Part shown: positions 20,068-34,354 of the stretch, one piece after another | How the letters are laid out: each line of letters begins with the position of its first letter | Numbering within the stretch: the first letter of the stretch is position 1 | Assembly: GCA_963753345.1 (NCBI GenBank) | Contig: CAVWBU010000024.1 | Span: 64,001 to 128,000 of the forward strand | Source of the DNA: an uncultured Fibrobacterota bacterium | Lineage (GTDB): Bacteria; Fibrobacterota; Chitinivibrionia; Chitinivibrionales; FEN-1185 | DNA: 64,000 bases | Direction of reading: 5' to 3' | Translations under genes and position numbers: made by a program | Notes under the pieces: generated by a model | The model's database searches: none | What the model was told of the DNA's origin: nothing | Seen by the model: only the letters and a program-made list of their open reading frames with translations

Positions 20068-21513
20068 ATGTTTGCACGATTCATCGAAAAAGCCCTCACC
20101 TTCCTCATCGACATCGTCGCCTTCAACGTTGCGTTTGCAACGGCATTCTGGATCCGGTACAAGAGCAATTTCTTTCCCGAAAGCTTCAACGCCGACATCG
20201 AGTTTTCGTCGTATATCCTATTGTCAATTACCGTCGCGGGCTGCTGGGCGGCGCTGTTTTTTGTTACCGGCCTGTACCGCGACTGGTACAAAGAGTCGCG
20301 GCTCGACGAGTTCTTCGTGGTCGTGCGCACCATTCTCATCGGCATCTTTCTCTTGTTTCTCATAACGAGCGCATCGCAGATCATCGATTTCGCGACCAGC
20401 GGCAATTTCGAACAGGTCTTTACAAGAACGAAGTTCGCTGTGCTGATCACCTATGCCGTGTGCCTCGTTTTCTTCACCACCGCAGACCGCTTCATCATGC
20501 ACAGCCTTCTGTCGTTCCTGTTTGTGCGCGGCATCGGCGTGAGCAAGGTGCTCATCATCGGCGCGCAGGAACCCGGCGCGCAGCTGCTCGACGAGCTGAA
20601 GCATTATCCCCAGCTCGGATACCAGGTGAAGGGCTTTGTCGACGACAACGGCAGGCTCACTGGCACGCAATGCGGCGGCCTTCCCGTGCTCGGCACCTAT
20701 TCCGACATTCCCGCTCTTGTCAAGAGAGACCGGGTGACCGGCCTCATCATTTCCCACGTGTCCGGTTCGGCAAACGAAATTCTCAAGATCGTCAACTACT
20801 GCGGCGAGCTCCGGCTCACCATTTCCATGGTGCCGTCGCTTATGGACGTAATCTCGGGACACCTCAAGACCCACCAGATCTTCGGCGTGCCGCTCATGAT
20901 CCTTCTCCAGGACCACATGCCCGCGTGGGAGGCGCAGATCAAGCGCATCACCGACATTGTCGTTTCGCTGCTCGTGTTGGCGCTCGGCGCGCCGGTCTGG
21001 CTGGCCGTTGCCGCGGTGATACGCCTCACCTCACCGGGCCCCGCCATTTACAACCAGGAACGCGTGGGCCAGAACGGCAAGCCCTTCATCATGCACAAGT
21101 TCCGCTCCATGTACCAGGACGCCGAAAAGCGCACCGGTCCCATGTGGGCAAAGGAAAAGGACCCCCGCATCACGCCCATGGGGCGTTTTATCCGGAAGAC
21201 AAGGCTTGACGAAATACCCCAGTTTTTCAACGTGCTGGTGGGCGAAATGAGCCTCGTGGGCCCGCGGCCGGAGCGGGCGTTTTTCATCCAGCAGCTCAAG
21301 CAGGAGATCCCCTGGTACGTCCGCCGCATCAAGATGAAGCCGGGCATCACGGGCTGGGCGCAGGTGAAACACAAGTACGATGCGTCAATCGAGGATGTCA
21401 AGCAGAAAGTGATGTACGACCTGTACTATTTCGAAAACATGTCCCTCATGCTCGACCTCAAAATAATGCTGCACACCATTCTGGTGGTGTTCACGGGCAA
21501 AGGGGCGCATTGA
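20068..21513 (+). CDS. Polyprenyl-phosphate sugar phosphotransferase (WcaJ/WbaP family)
   Basis: KFRSM, DPRIT.MGRFIRKTRLDEIPQ, MSLVGPRPE, KPGITGWAQV. Confidence 0.95.
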   Translation: MFARFIEKALTFLIDIVAFNVAFATAFWIRYKSNFFPESFNADIEFSSYILLSITVAGCWAALFFVTGLYRDWYKESRLDEFFVVVRTILIGIFLLFLITSASQIIDFATSGNFEQVFTRTKFAVLITYAVCLVFFTTADRFIMHSLLSFLFVRGIGVSKVLIIGAQEPGAQLLDELKHYPQLGYQVKGFVDDNGRLTGTQCGGLPVLGTYSDIPALVKRDRVTGLIISHVSGSANEILKIVNYCGELRLTISMVPSLMDVISGHLKTHQIFGVPLMILLQDHMPAWEAQIKRITDIVVSLLVLALGAPVWLAVAAVIRLTSPGPAIYNQERVGQNGKPFIMHKFRSMYQDAEKRTGPMWAKEKDPRITPMGRFIRKTRLDEIPQFFNVLVGEMSLVGPRPERAFFIQQLKQEIPWYVRRIKMKPGITGWAQVKHKYDASIEDVKQKVMYDLYYFENMSLMLDLKIMLHTILVVFTGKGAH

Positions 21514-21518
21514 AGAAG

Positions 21519-21623
21519 GTTGGAGCGTTGGTGCGTTAGAGTGTTGGAGCATTGGGAAATAATAATGTGTATATTTCATAGCTTCACAATCGCTCGAACG
21601 CTCCAACGCTCTAACTCTCCAAC
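21519..21623. repeat. Inverted pair of 8-mer tandem arrays
   Basis: About four GTTGGAGC units, an AT-rich spacer, then about four CGCTCCAA units. Confidence 0.75.
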
Positions 21624-21647
21624 GGGCAACGTTATAAGGAACAATCT

Positions 21648-22064
21648 ATGAGCTCCCTCTACCGTTTCGGCGTCTCGCTCGAAAAGAGCCTTATCGATGA
21701 TTTCGACAGGCACATCGGCGGCAGGAACTACCGGAACCGGTCCGAGGCCATCCGCGACCTTATCCGCGAGGACCTTGTCAAAAAGCAATGGCTCTGCGGC
21801 AACGAGGTTGCGGGAGCGGTGGTCATGAGCTACGACCACCACAAGCGCGAGCTTGTCAACAAGCTCATGGACATCCAGCACGATTTCCAGAAGATCATCA
21901 TCTCGAGCCAGCACGTGCACATCGACCACCACAACTGCATGGAGATCGTTGCCGTCAAGGGCAAGGCGCGGGACGTGGAAAAGCTGACAAGCCTTTTAAA
22001 AGCGCAGAAGGGCGTGAAACATGTCGCGCTGTCGATGAGCACCACGGGAGAGGGACTGGAGTAA
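21648..22064 (+). CDS. nikR: Nickel-responsive repressor NikR
   Basis: RFGVSL ribbon, NRSEAIRDLIR, YDHH, QHD, HVHIDHHNCMEI. Confidence 0.95.
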   Translation: MSSLYRFGVSLEKSLIDDFDRHIGGRNYRNRSEAIRDLIREDLVKKQWLCGNEVAGAVVMSYDHHKRELVNKLMDIQHDFQKIIISSQHVHIDHHNCMEIVAVKGKARDVEKLTSLLKAQKGVKHVALSMSTTGEGLE

Positions 22065-22093
22065 AATTGCCGGGCCAAAAAACGGCCTCATTC

Positions 22094-22636
22094 CTAAACT
22101 TTCTTTCCCATTTCATGCGCTTGATTCATGGCTTCGCTTTTCTTGATCTCTCCAATGTTCCAGGCGCCGATTCCATAGATAATACCCTTTTCTTTTGCTC
22201 CGTCAAGGCAGGAGGTGAATGCCCTGAATCCTTCCAGCGTTCGTTCCATTGCCCGTTTATTGGTGTCGGCGGCAGTGACAATGAAATGGAAATCCTTGTT
22301 GCTGATTTCGGTATAGCGCGAACAACACCTGTCGATCAGTGTCTTCATCTGCCCGCACATGGTATAGAAATAAACGGGCGTGGCCATCACCATCACATCG
22401 GCCGCAACCATTTTCTCCAAGACTTCGGCCATGTCGTCTTTCTGTGGACACGGCTTTTTCCCTTTGAGACAGGCGCCGCACCCTGTACAGTAATTGATTT
22501 TCCTGTCTTTCAAAAAAATCTTTTCGGCATGATTACCGGCCTCCTGCGCTCCCCTTATTAATTGGTCGCACAGCAGGTCGGAATTCCCGCCCCTTCGCGG
22601 GCTGGAACTCAGAACCACTACTTTTTTGCCGCTCAT
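22094..22636 (-). CDS. Flavodoxin-family (iron-sulfur flavoprotein-like) protein
   Basis: SSSPRRGGNS, CxxCxxC...C..KDD, ATPVYFY. Confidence 0.88.
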   Translation of the reverse strand: MSGKKVVVLSSSPRRGGNSDLLCDQLIRGAQEAGNHAEKIFLKDRKINYCTGCGACLKGKKPCPQKDDMAEVLEKMVAADVMVMATPVYFYTMCGQMKTLIDRCCSRYTEISNKDFHFIVTAADTNKRAMERTLEGFRAFTSCLDGAKEKGIIYGIGAWNIGEIKKSEAMNQAHEMGKKV

Positions 22637-23556
22637 AGCGTTATCTCCCGAATCTGAAGCGATGATAGATTGATTTTTCCCAGTCCAAACTCGTACGCCA
22701 TTCTGGTCGTTCGAACCTCTTCACCTTTGATGCCGAGGAGATTAGCACCATACACATCCATAGCGACCCGGTCCACACCGGCGAACACTTTCTGCGGTGC
22801 GACCATTTTTCCGGGACCCTGCGGCCCATTCGTCGTGATCATTTGTGTGCCGTCGAAAATACACAGATCCGGCTTTCGTAAAAGATTTATATCTGCGATG
22901 CATTGTGAGAGGAACTCGACATCGTCGTAGGAGCCGCTTGTCCCTGATGATCCGGCGTGGAAAAAGCGGTTGGTGCTGCGGGACGTTGCACCCATCATGT
23001 TCTTCATGGTGCCGGTAAACCGGACCCCATTGTGATTTTTGGCAATCGGCATGTTGATGAGCACATCGCAATTCAGCAATCCTTTCGCGATTTCGGCTTT
23101 CTTGAGCGACCGGCCTTGCGGAATGGAAACATTTACCAATTCATCTCCGCGAAATCGGATGACCTTCGCCTCATCATGGGATTTCTCGGTGCGCGCGCTG
23201 CGGCTCCAGTAGGAGTCATCGAGGCTTTTGAAAACCCAGATTTCCCTGGCGCCGGCATCCAGGCACATGCGGATTACCGCCAGGGCAATCTCCGGGTTCA
23301 CGTAACTTCCCGGATACTTCCAGGGAGAATTGATTAACAGGCCCACGCTCGATTGTTTCGATACGAACTTGGGCATTCCGCCGAGGATTTCAACGGCCTT
23401 AATCGTGTTCCCGAAGTAATCCGTACCCTTTACCGCCGCGATGTCGACATTGACATCAGCGAACGCCAATCCCATTGTACCGCTTCCCAGGATCGTTGAT
23501 GCGCCCAGTAACGCGCCGCTTTTTATAAACGAGCGGCGACTGATTGATTCACTCAT
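22633..23556 (-). CDS. DUF362 domain protein with Tat signal
   Basis: SRRSFIK; INMPIAKNH....TGTMKNMMG; DRVAMD. Confidence 0.82.
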   Translation of the reverse strand: MSESISRRSFIKSGALLGASTILGSGTMGLAFADVNVDIAAVKGTDYFGNTIKAVEILGGMPKFVSKQSSVGLLINSPWKYPGSYVNPEIALAVIRMCLDAGAREIWVFKSLDDSYWSRSARTEKSHDEAKVIRFRGDELVNVSIPQGRSLKKAEIAKGLLNCDVLINMPIAKNHNGVRFTGTMKNMMGATSRSTNRFFHAGSSGTSGSYDDVEFLSQCIADINLLRKPDLCIFDGTQMITTNGPQGPGKMVAPQKVFAGVDRVAMDVYGANLLGIKGEEVRTTRMAYEFGLGKINLSSLQIREITL

Positions 23557-23583
23557 GTGGATTCCCCTTTCTCCAATACCATT

Positions 23584-24588
<1,005 letters not shown>

Positions 24589-24891
24589 CTATTAAATCAG
24601 CAGCAAGGACGAGATGTACCTCATGATACCAAAATAAGCAAGGCAATGCTTGGAGGACAAATACAAAAGGCGGGATTTCAGATACAATTTTACTATGCTG
24701 CCCTTGCGGCAGGCGCACCGACATTTCCCGGAATTGAAAAAATCTTGGATCAACCATGTTCAGTATTGTCAAAACATTTATTTTAATGGACAAAGGACAG
24801 TGAGAATCCGTTAGCAAGGTGACAAAATGAACAAACTCTCACAGGGTAATTTACGCAGCCACGGTAAGCATGGGAGCAGGGTGTTAAGTAC

Positions 24892-25718
24892 ATGAACAAA
24901 TCGTCATCCGTCAATACGACAATGCCCGTCCTCTTCCTCGGCCACGGCAGCCCCACCAACGCGATCGAGGACAACGAATTTTCGCGCGGCTGGCACAGGA
25001 TCGCGCAGACATTCTCTCGGCCCAAAGCCATTCTTTGCATTTCCGCGCATTGGGAAACGTGGGGCGCAATGGTAACGGCAATGGAAAAACCCCGCACCAT
25101 CCACGATTTCGGCGGGTTTCCAAGGGAGCTTTACGAAGTGCAATACCCTGCTCCGGGCAGCCCGGCACTTGCGGGTGAAGTCAAAAGGTTGTTGAACAAG
25201 AATGGGCTTATGCTCGATCATGAATGGGGCCTTGATCACGGCTGCTGGAGCGTTATTTCGCGCATGTATCCTGACGCCGGTATTCCCGTGGTGCAACTGA
25301 GTCTGGACACGTCGCGGCCCGCGCAGGAGCACTACAAAATCGCGCACGGAGCTGGCACCGCTCAGGTCACAAGGCGTGCTCATTGTCGGGAGCGGAAACA
25401 TGGTGCATAATCTCAGGCTGGTTGAGTTCACGCAGAGACACCATGAGCGACTTCAACAAGCCCTTCGGACTCGATTGGGCCATTGAGGCAAATGAGATTT
25501 TCGAGAAGTTGATTAATGATAATCTTCACAACAAACTGATCAATTACCAGTCCCTTGGAAAATCCGTTCGGCTCGCCGTTCCCACGCCGGAACACTACCT
25601 GCCGATGCTGTATGCGCTTGCGCTGAAGGAAAAAGGGGAATCGGTCGCCTTCTTTAACGACGTGCCGGTGGCGGGTTCGCTCACCATGACGTCGTTTGTG
25701 ACAACAACGACGGATTAG
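24892..25718 (+). CDS. ygiD: DODA-type extradiol dioxygenase (YgiD/LigB family); frameshifted
   Basis: GHGSP, ISAHW, TIHDFGGFP, GLDHG; GSGNMVHNL out of frame near 25390; PTPEHYLP in the second ORF. Confidence 0.85.
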
Positions 25719-25739
25719 CTTCCCGAAATCGCCGGCCGG

Positions 25740-26451
25740 TTATTTCTCTATCGACCCGCTGATGGATATTTCCGGTTTGTCAGGATGGTCGGTGGTGATC
25801 ACGAACTGTCCGGCAATGCGCTCCTTCACCGCGGGCGCGGCGAGTTCGAGCCCAAACACCCGGTAGCCGTCGGGCCGCGTGGCGCCGGCGGTCCATTTGA
25901 ACGGGATCGGCAGCGGGAGATTCGTCTGCCAGAGGGTCGCGGTCGGCGATGATGTTCCGGAGGTCAACCCCACGGCGGTGACGTGGAGGTCTTTCTTTGC
26001 GCATGCGAACACGATCGATCGGGGCTTATGCTGCTGGAGCGTTATGTATAGTTCCGACACCTCGATGATCGGCTTTATCGCGGCGGTGATGGTGAGCTGC
26101 ATCGAGCCGTTGTTCGCGGCATTGGACTTGACGGTAATGTACTTTGACAAGGGGCCGGCGTGGAAACCGGCAAGGTTGACCGTGGCGAGGATCACGCTGG
26201 ATTTTCCCGGCAAAACCAGGGTGTCGAACTTGACCACCGTGCATCCGCAGCCCGGGCGGACGTTTTCGATTTCAAGCGGCGCGTCGCCGGTGTTTTTGAT
26301 GGTGAACTGCGCATGGAGCTGGTCGGTTTTTCCTTCGAAAACGGTGCCGCAGTCAACGGAAGACTTGTCGGCTTCTATCGTGGGACCGGCAAAAGCGCAG
26401 GAGAGTGAAATGACAATGACATGAAGAAACCAGGCGGGAAATACGAAACAT
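25740..26451 (-). CDS. DUF1573-domain secreted protein; probable 1-nt indel near 26425
   Basis: Frame upstream of 26237 reads FTIKNTGDAPLEIENVRPGCGCT; ATG 26451 with GAGG RBS is one base out of frame. Confidence 0.75.
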
Positions 26452-26661
26452 TGAGACCTCAGCTTTCATGTGGTTCCACGCAAGCGTTCGACCGACCGGA
26501 CGAACCAGCGCGTCTTGGTTTTCAGGCCCCTCCGGTTCCGGTTTGGGTTCCCTCCAAAATACAACGGACAAGAAAAGAGAATCTCAACATTCTTGCAGCG
26601 CACTAAAGGAACAGCATATATTCCCCATCAACGATCCGAATCTCTGGAGCACGACGTCGTC

Positions 26662-29577
<2,916 letters not shown>

Positions 29578-29833
29578 TCGCAGTGTAAACGGGTTCAAGG
29601 GAGTGCTCGAGGCGTTCAGGATTCCCTTAAGTGAAGTGAACTAATGATGAAGGCTGGACATTGATTGATTTTTTGAACGGGCTGCGGTGGTTTTTTCTAT
29701 CGCAGCCATTATATTTTACGTCACCGCGCTCCCGTGATCGCGGCAGACACGGACGTCAAGGTTTTTTCATGCCTGAGAATAATCCAGCATGCCAAGACGT
29801 AATCCGGGTTCACGAGGGGGAAGTCCCGTAACC

Positions 29834-30136
29834 ATGACAATCTTTCGACATCAAAGCCTTTTCCGCATTTTTTCCGTCGTCGTCATCGCCGAGATGATTG
29901 CGATCGGCGGAATAATTGCGCCTCTGCACCATCACGACGATTTAAAGGACCACGACGATTGCCAGCTCTGCCTCGTTTCGCATCAGCCGGCCACCGATTC
30001 CCCTATTGTCCAGATCGCTCCGTCCGTCGCCGTAATCATCGATTATTATTCCGTGCCAAAGTCTCTTGTAAGACAATATGCTCAGTCATTCTTCTCCTCC
30101 CGCGCCCCGCCTTCCCTGCTCTGTTCCATCAGCTGA
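29834..30136 (+). CDS. DUF2946-like leader protein (hydrophobic segment, HHH, CxxC, C-terminal RAPP)
   Basis: LHHHDDLKDHDDCQLC...SSRAPPSL; paralog at 41784-42098. Confidence 0.75.
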   Translation: MTIFRHQSLFRIFSVVVIAEMIAIGGIIAPLHHHDDLKDHDDCQLCLVSHQPATDSPIVQIAPSVAVIIDYYSVPKSLVRQYAQSFFSSRAPPSLLCSIS

Positions 30137-30233
30137 TTCTTATTGGCAAGCGCCATCCGGTCGTTTGAATGTTTGTGCCGTGACGACCGAGCAGTGCGTC
30201 TTCTTTAGCAACAACAGATCCAGGGAGTTCACC

Positions 30234-31292
30234 ATGATTGAAAAAACATCTCGTGTAACGGCGCTTATCATTGCATCATTGCTGTCCTATGCCTGCGGAG
30301 GCGTCACCAATCCCGATATTTCCGCCATCGGCCAGGTGATCGGGAAATATACCAATGATACCTCCTCCGCGTTTTCCAAGAAGCCGACGCTTGAGCTCGG
30401 CGAAGTCGAGCTTATGCTTGACGCCGCGCTCAATCCCTATTTGACCGGCGCGTTCGTGTTGTCGCTCGGAACAAAGTCCATTGAGATCGAAGAGGCATAT
30501 GCCTCGGTGATCCGGGGATTGCCGCTCAATCTCGGCCTAAAGGCGGGGAAATACAGGTTGGGCTTTGGAAGGCTCAACCCGGCGCATCCGCATGCATATC
30601 CGTTCATCAGCACGCCGCATGTCATGGATCCGGGCATTGCCAAGCTGCTTCCGGGCGATGAGAGCTTTAATGACGTGGCGGTGCAGGCGTCGACATTGAT
30701 ACCCGTTGTCGGGAGCTGGGCCATTTCCATTTCCGGCGACCTGCTGCAGGGAGACTCGTTTCATCCCGACACCGTCACCGCAAATTTTGGCGGGCTCGGC
30801 AGGATTGTCAATTCATTCGTGATCGCGGACATGGTTCCTTCGGAGATCGGTTTTTCCCTGACGCAGGGAACGAACGATCCCCGGCAGGGAACAAAAACGC
30901 TTGTCGCCGGCGCCGATGTAAAGACAAAACTTGCGCTGTCTCCTGTTGTCAATGCAATCGTGCAGGGCGAATTGCTCTATAAGAATGCCGGCCACAGGGA
31001 TTCTCTCGGCATCTTCAGCACCGAAAATCGCATGGGATTCTATGCATTCACCGATTTCCGGTTCCAGGCCCATTACAATGCCGGTATTTTGTACGAGCAA
31101 TATCAGTCGCCAAACAATGCGGCCCAAACGGATCGCGGCATAAAACCCTTTGTGGGATTTGCCGTTCTTGAAGAAAGCACCCTTGTACGGTTGGCCTACG
31201 AGTACTTCATGCCTCAGTCGGAAAAGGCGTCGAGCACCGTGGAGCTGCAATTCCTTTTCAGCATGGGACCGCACAAGGCGCACCTGTTTTGA
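30234..31292 (+). CDS. Outer-membrane beta-barrel protein associated with metal ABC transporters
   Basis: NPDISAIG, E.EL...A.LNPY, IEEAY, FGRLN..HPH, C-terminal MGPHKAHLF. Confidence 0.75.
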   Translation: MIEKTSRVTALIIASLLSYACGGVTNPDISAIGQVIGKYTNDTSSAFSKKPTLELGEVELMLDAALNPYLTGAFVLSLGTKSIEIEEAYASVIRGLPLNLGLKAGKYRLGFGRLNPAHPHAYPFISTPHVMDPGIAKLLPGDESFNDVAVQASTLIPVVGSWAISISGDLLQGDSFHPDTVTANFGGLGRIVNSFVIADMVPSEIGFSLTQGTNDPRQGTKTLVAGADVKTKLALSPVVNAIVQGELLYKNAGHRDSLGIFSTENRMGFYAFTDFRFQAHYNAGILYEQYQSPNNAAQTDRGIKPFVGFAVLEESTLVRLAYEYFMPQSEKASSTVELQFLFSMGPHKAHLF

Positions 31293-31373
31293 CCAGGATT
31301 TTCAGGATTGGAAAGATTGCCCGGATCAAAAAAGGGAAGAAGACTTTTGATGATTAACAAAGGAGAACAAACC

Positions 31374-32282
31374 ATGGGAGCGCAATTAAGGATTGTGTAT
31401 GCAGGGATCCTCGTTTTGTTTCTATTGGCGACAGCGCCGACATCGGCGGCGATACGCATCGTGGCCGCGCTGCCGGATCTGGGTTCGATTGCGTCGTACA
31501 TCGGCGGCGACAACGTGGAAGTCTCGGCGATCGCCAAGGCGTCGTCCAACCCCCATTCTGTTGAGGTCTTCCCCTCGTACATGGCCAAAGTCTCGAAAGC
31601 GTCGGTATACCTGAAATGCGGACTAGGGCTTGACCAGTGGTCTGATGCGATCATCGACGGATCGCGAAATAACAAGATCATAACCGTGGATTGTTCAAAT
31701 GGAATTTCCGTTCTTGAGAAACCCACAGGCAAGGTCGATGCGTCTCTGGGAGACGTGCACCCCTTCGGCAATCCGCATTACTGGCTCAATCCGGAAAACG
31801 GCATCATCATCGCTCAAAACATTTTGGCGGAACTCCAGAAGATCGATCCGGCAAACGCCGCTGTGTATTCCGCACATTTCGAACAGTTCAAAAAGGAATG
31901 TCTTGACAAGACAGAAGCATGGAAGACAAGGCTGAAATTGCTCAACGGAGCAAAGATCATAACCTATCATTCTTCCTGGGCGTATTGGGCCGACGCTTTC
32001 GGATTTTCAATCGTTGCCAAGGTGGAACCGTACCCGGGCATACCGCCGACCGGCATTCACCTTGCCGATCTTGTCGGCGTCATCAAAAAGGAAAACGTCG
32101 CCTTCGTCATTCAGGAACCCTATTTTTCCGACGACGCCCCGCGTTTTCTCAATCGTCAAACAGGCGTCAAGGTGTTCAAATGCGCGCCGTCGTGTTCCGA
32201 TGTCACGCCATCGTCCTACTTTGATCATTTCGAAGGAATCACCAATCAATTGACCACCGCAGCCGGAGGAAAACAGCCATGA
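31374..32282 (+). CDS. Metal ABC transporter substrate-binding protein (ZnuA/TroA cluster)
   Basis: NPHSVE, GDVHPFGNPHYWL, TYHSSW, EPYPGIPPT. Confidence 0.9.
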   Translation: MGAQLRIVYAGILVLFLLATAPTSAAIRIVAALPDLGSIASYIGGDNVEVSAIAKASSNPHSVEVFPSYMAKVSKASVYLKCGLGLDQWSDAIIDGSRNNKIITVDCSNGISVLEKPTGKVDASLGDVHPFGNPHYWLNPENGIIIAQNILAELQKIDPANAAVYSAHFEQFKKECLDKTEAWKTRLKLLNGAKIITYHSSWAYWADAFGFSIVAKVEPYPGIPPTGIHLADLVGVIKKENVAFVIQEPYFSDDAPRFLNRQTGVKVFKCAPSCSDVTPSSYFDHFEGITNQLTTAAGGKQP

Positions 32283-33121
32283 TGCTTTTTCACTATTCTT
32301 TTATGCTCCCCGCGCTTGCGGTCTGCCTTGTTCTTGCCGGGGTCCATACGTATTTCGGGTACCATATTGTCCAGCGCGGCGTGATTTTTGTGGACCTTGC
32401 GCTCGCACAGATCGCCGCTCTCGGCGCAAGCGTGGCTATCCTTGTGGGCTGGGGAGAAAATGCGCCGTTCCTTAACTTCTGCGTCAGCCTCGCATTCACG
32501 CTGGGAGGAGCCGTGCTGTTTGCGTTCCTACGGAAGGGCCAGGACAAGGCGCCCATGGAAGCGCTTATCGGCATTGCCTATGCCGGCGCAATTGCGATTT
32601 CCCTGCTCGTGCTGGAGAAATCCGCCACCGGCACGGAACATATCAAAGAGATGCTGGTGGGCACCATTCTGACGGTTTCATGGCGCGAAGTTCTTCAACT
32701 CGGCGCCATCGTTCTCGTGGTGGCAATCATTCATTGGCTGGCAAGAAAAAAACTGTTTATGATTTCCGAAGATCCGGACAAAGCGGCGCAGAACCGTCTG
32801 CGTCTCTGGTGGTGGGACATCGTCTTTTACGCGACCTTCGGCGTGGTGGTCACCTCCTCGGTCAAAGTTGCCGGCGTACTTCTGATTTTTTCACTGTTGA
32901 TCATTCCCGCGGTGAGCGCGATGATCAGCACCTCGGGAACAATTAAACGGGTGGTGTTCGGCTGGGTTTTCGGCCTGGTCGGCTGCGTTCTCGGGTTGGA
33001 GGCTTCGCTCCGGGGGGATTTCGCGGCCGGCCCGGCGATAATCGCAACTTTGCTGGGGCTTCTGTTGCTATGCGCCGCGGCAGGACCCGCATTGAAGATT
33101 GTTCGGGCGGCAAGGAAATAG
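32279..33121 (+). CDS. Metal ABC transporter permease (ZnuB/ABC-3 type)
   Basis: RGVIFVDLALAQIAALG, EALIGI.Y, VK.AGVLLIFS.LIIPA. Confidence 0.9.
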   Translation: MMLFHYSFMLPALAVCLVLAGVHTYFGYHIVQRGVIFVDLALAQIAALGASVAILVGWGENAPFLNFCVSLAFTLGGAVLFAFLRKGQDKAPMEALIGIAYAGAIAISLLVLEKSATGTEHIKEMLVGTILTVSWREVLQLGAIVLVVAIIHWLARKKLFMISEDPDKAAQNRLRLWWWDIVFYATFGVVVTSSVKVAGVLLIFSLLIIPAVSAMISTSGTIKRVVFGWVFGLVGCVLGLEASLRGDFAAGPAIIATLLGLLLLCAAAGPALKIVRAARK

Positions 33122-33213
33122 GAATCCGCGGCACTTTTGCGTTCGTCAAGGCCTTCGACCGTTTCGTATCGGATGCATGAATGCCGCAACGATGATTCTG
33201 ATGCATTGCACCG

Positions 33214-34107
33214 TCAATCGATACCGTATTCGCCCTCGTTGATCCGTGCCCCTTCAGAGGCGCCGAAATTGGTGTCCCGGTACGCCACGGATACCGCGGA
33301 TTGATACACGTCAACGATCATGTACCCCGACCCGGGGAATCTGTCGATTGCCACCCAGTTCGGCAGGAGACGGACGTTGGTGAAAAACGGGATATTGTTA
33401 CGGAAGCCTGACCAGCGGGAATGAAGGTGGCCGGAAAAATACGCAAGGACGTTGTGATCGTCAAGGAGCCGGAACAGCTCGATTGAATTGAGAACGGCAT
33501 ACAGCGGCGTCTCGGGATGAAACGGATAATGTGAAAAAACCATGAGCGGCGTTTCCTTCGGGATGAAGGCGAGCATCTTCCTGAGCCACAGCTTCCTGGA
33601 TACCCCCACGGTAACCCACGGTTTCGTGTCGTTCGACAGATCGAGAAATATCAGCCCCACGTTCCTGTGGATCACAAGGTAATTTCCACGGTTCTCTCCG
33701 AACAGCGTGTAGTAGTTGTTCTTTCCCGCTTCGCCCACCGCCGTGATATCGTGGTTGCCGATAACCGGATAATACGGCTTTTCGAGTTTGTCAAAGTGCT
33801 CCTTCACCGATTTCATGATGGTGATGTTGCCGTGGTTCGTAAGGTCGCCTGCCACCACCGCGAATTCCCATTGCGGCACATCGTTCTTCCATTCGTTGAT
33901 GACTTTCGTCAGCATGACGCCGTCTTTTTCATCTCCCCGGTAATGGACGTCGTTGCTGAAAATGAAACGGAACCTGCGCTCGGAGCGCCGTTGGGAGATG
34001 CCCGGCGACGAGCAGCCCGGCAGAAAAGGCAGCGCAAGGGCCGACGCGGCAACCCGCACAAACCGGCGCCGCGGCATGGCGCCGCAGAAAATCTTGTTTT
34101 CGCCCAT
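33214..34107 (-). CDS. Calcineurin-like metallophosphoesterase, probable Tat lipoprotein
   Basis: RRRFV...LPGC; DVH, GDL, GNHD, HYP, GHLH motifs. Confidence 0.85.
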   Translation of the reverse strand: MGENKIFCGAMPRRRFVRVAASALALPFLPGCSSPGISQRRSERRFRFIFSNDVHYRGDEKDGVMLTKVINEWKNDVPQWEFAVVAGDLTNHGNITIMKSVKEHFDKLEKPYYPVIGNHDITAVGEAGKNNYYTLFGENRGNYLVIHRNVGLIFLDLSNDTKPWVTVGVSRKLWLRKMLAFIPKETPLMVFSHYPFHPETPLYAVLNSIELFRLLDDHNVLAYFSGHLHSRWSGFRNNIPFFTNVRLLPNWVAIDRFPGSGYMIVDVYQSAVSVAYRDTNFGASEGARINEGEYGID

Positions 34108-34354
34108 GAGATTGCGTTTCCTGTTCTCCCCGCCCACCCATCCAGGATTTCACCCCATGAGAGTATAAGAATTTTTCTGATGTTTTTCAAGCTAAAAATC
34201 CGAAACTTCCATGCTGTGGACTTACCGGTGGTAAATGGTTCGCATCTTGCATATCACTCAAGGCGGTAAACAACGGGCAGTATGAATTGCAGTCCTATCG
34301 GAGCATAGGGGAAGGGGCGGTCCGATGCATCGCATTGACTTCCACTAAAAAACC

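Noticed and set aside
29770-29790. Fur/Zur box upstream of the first RAPP leader (TGAGAATAATCCAGCA)
   Set aside because: Only one half-site matches
31295-31330. CAGGATT-type 9-mer repeats after the barrel gene
   Set aside because: Only 3-4 degenerate units and no inverted partner; too weak to call
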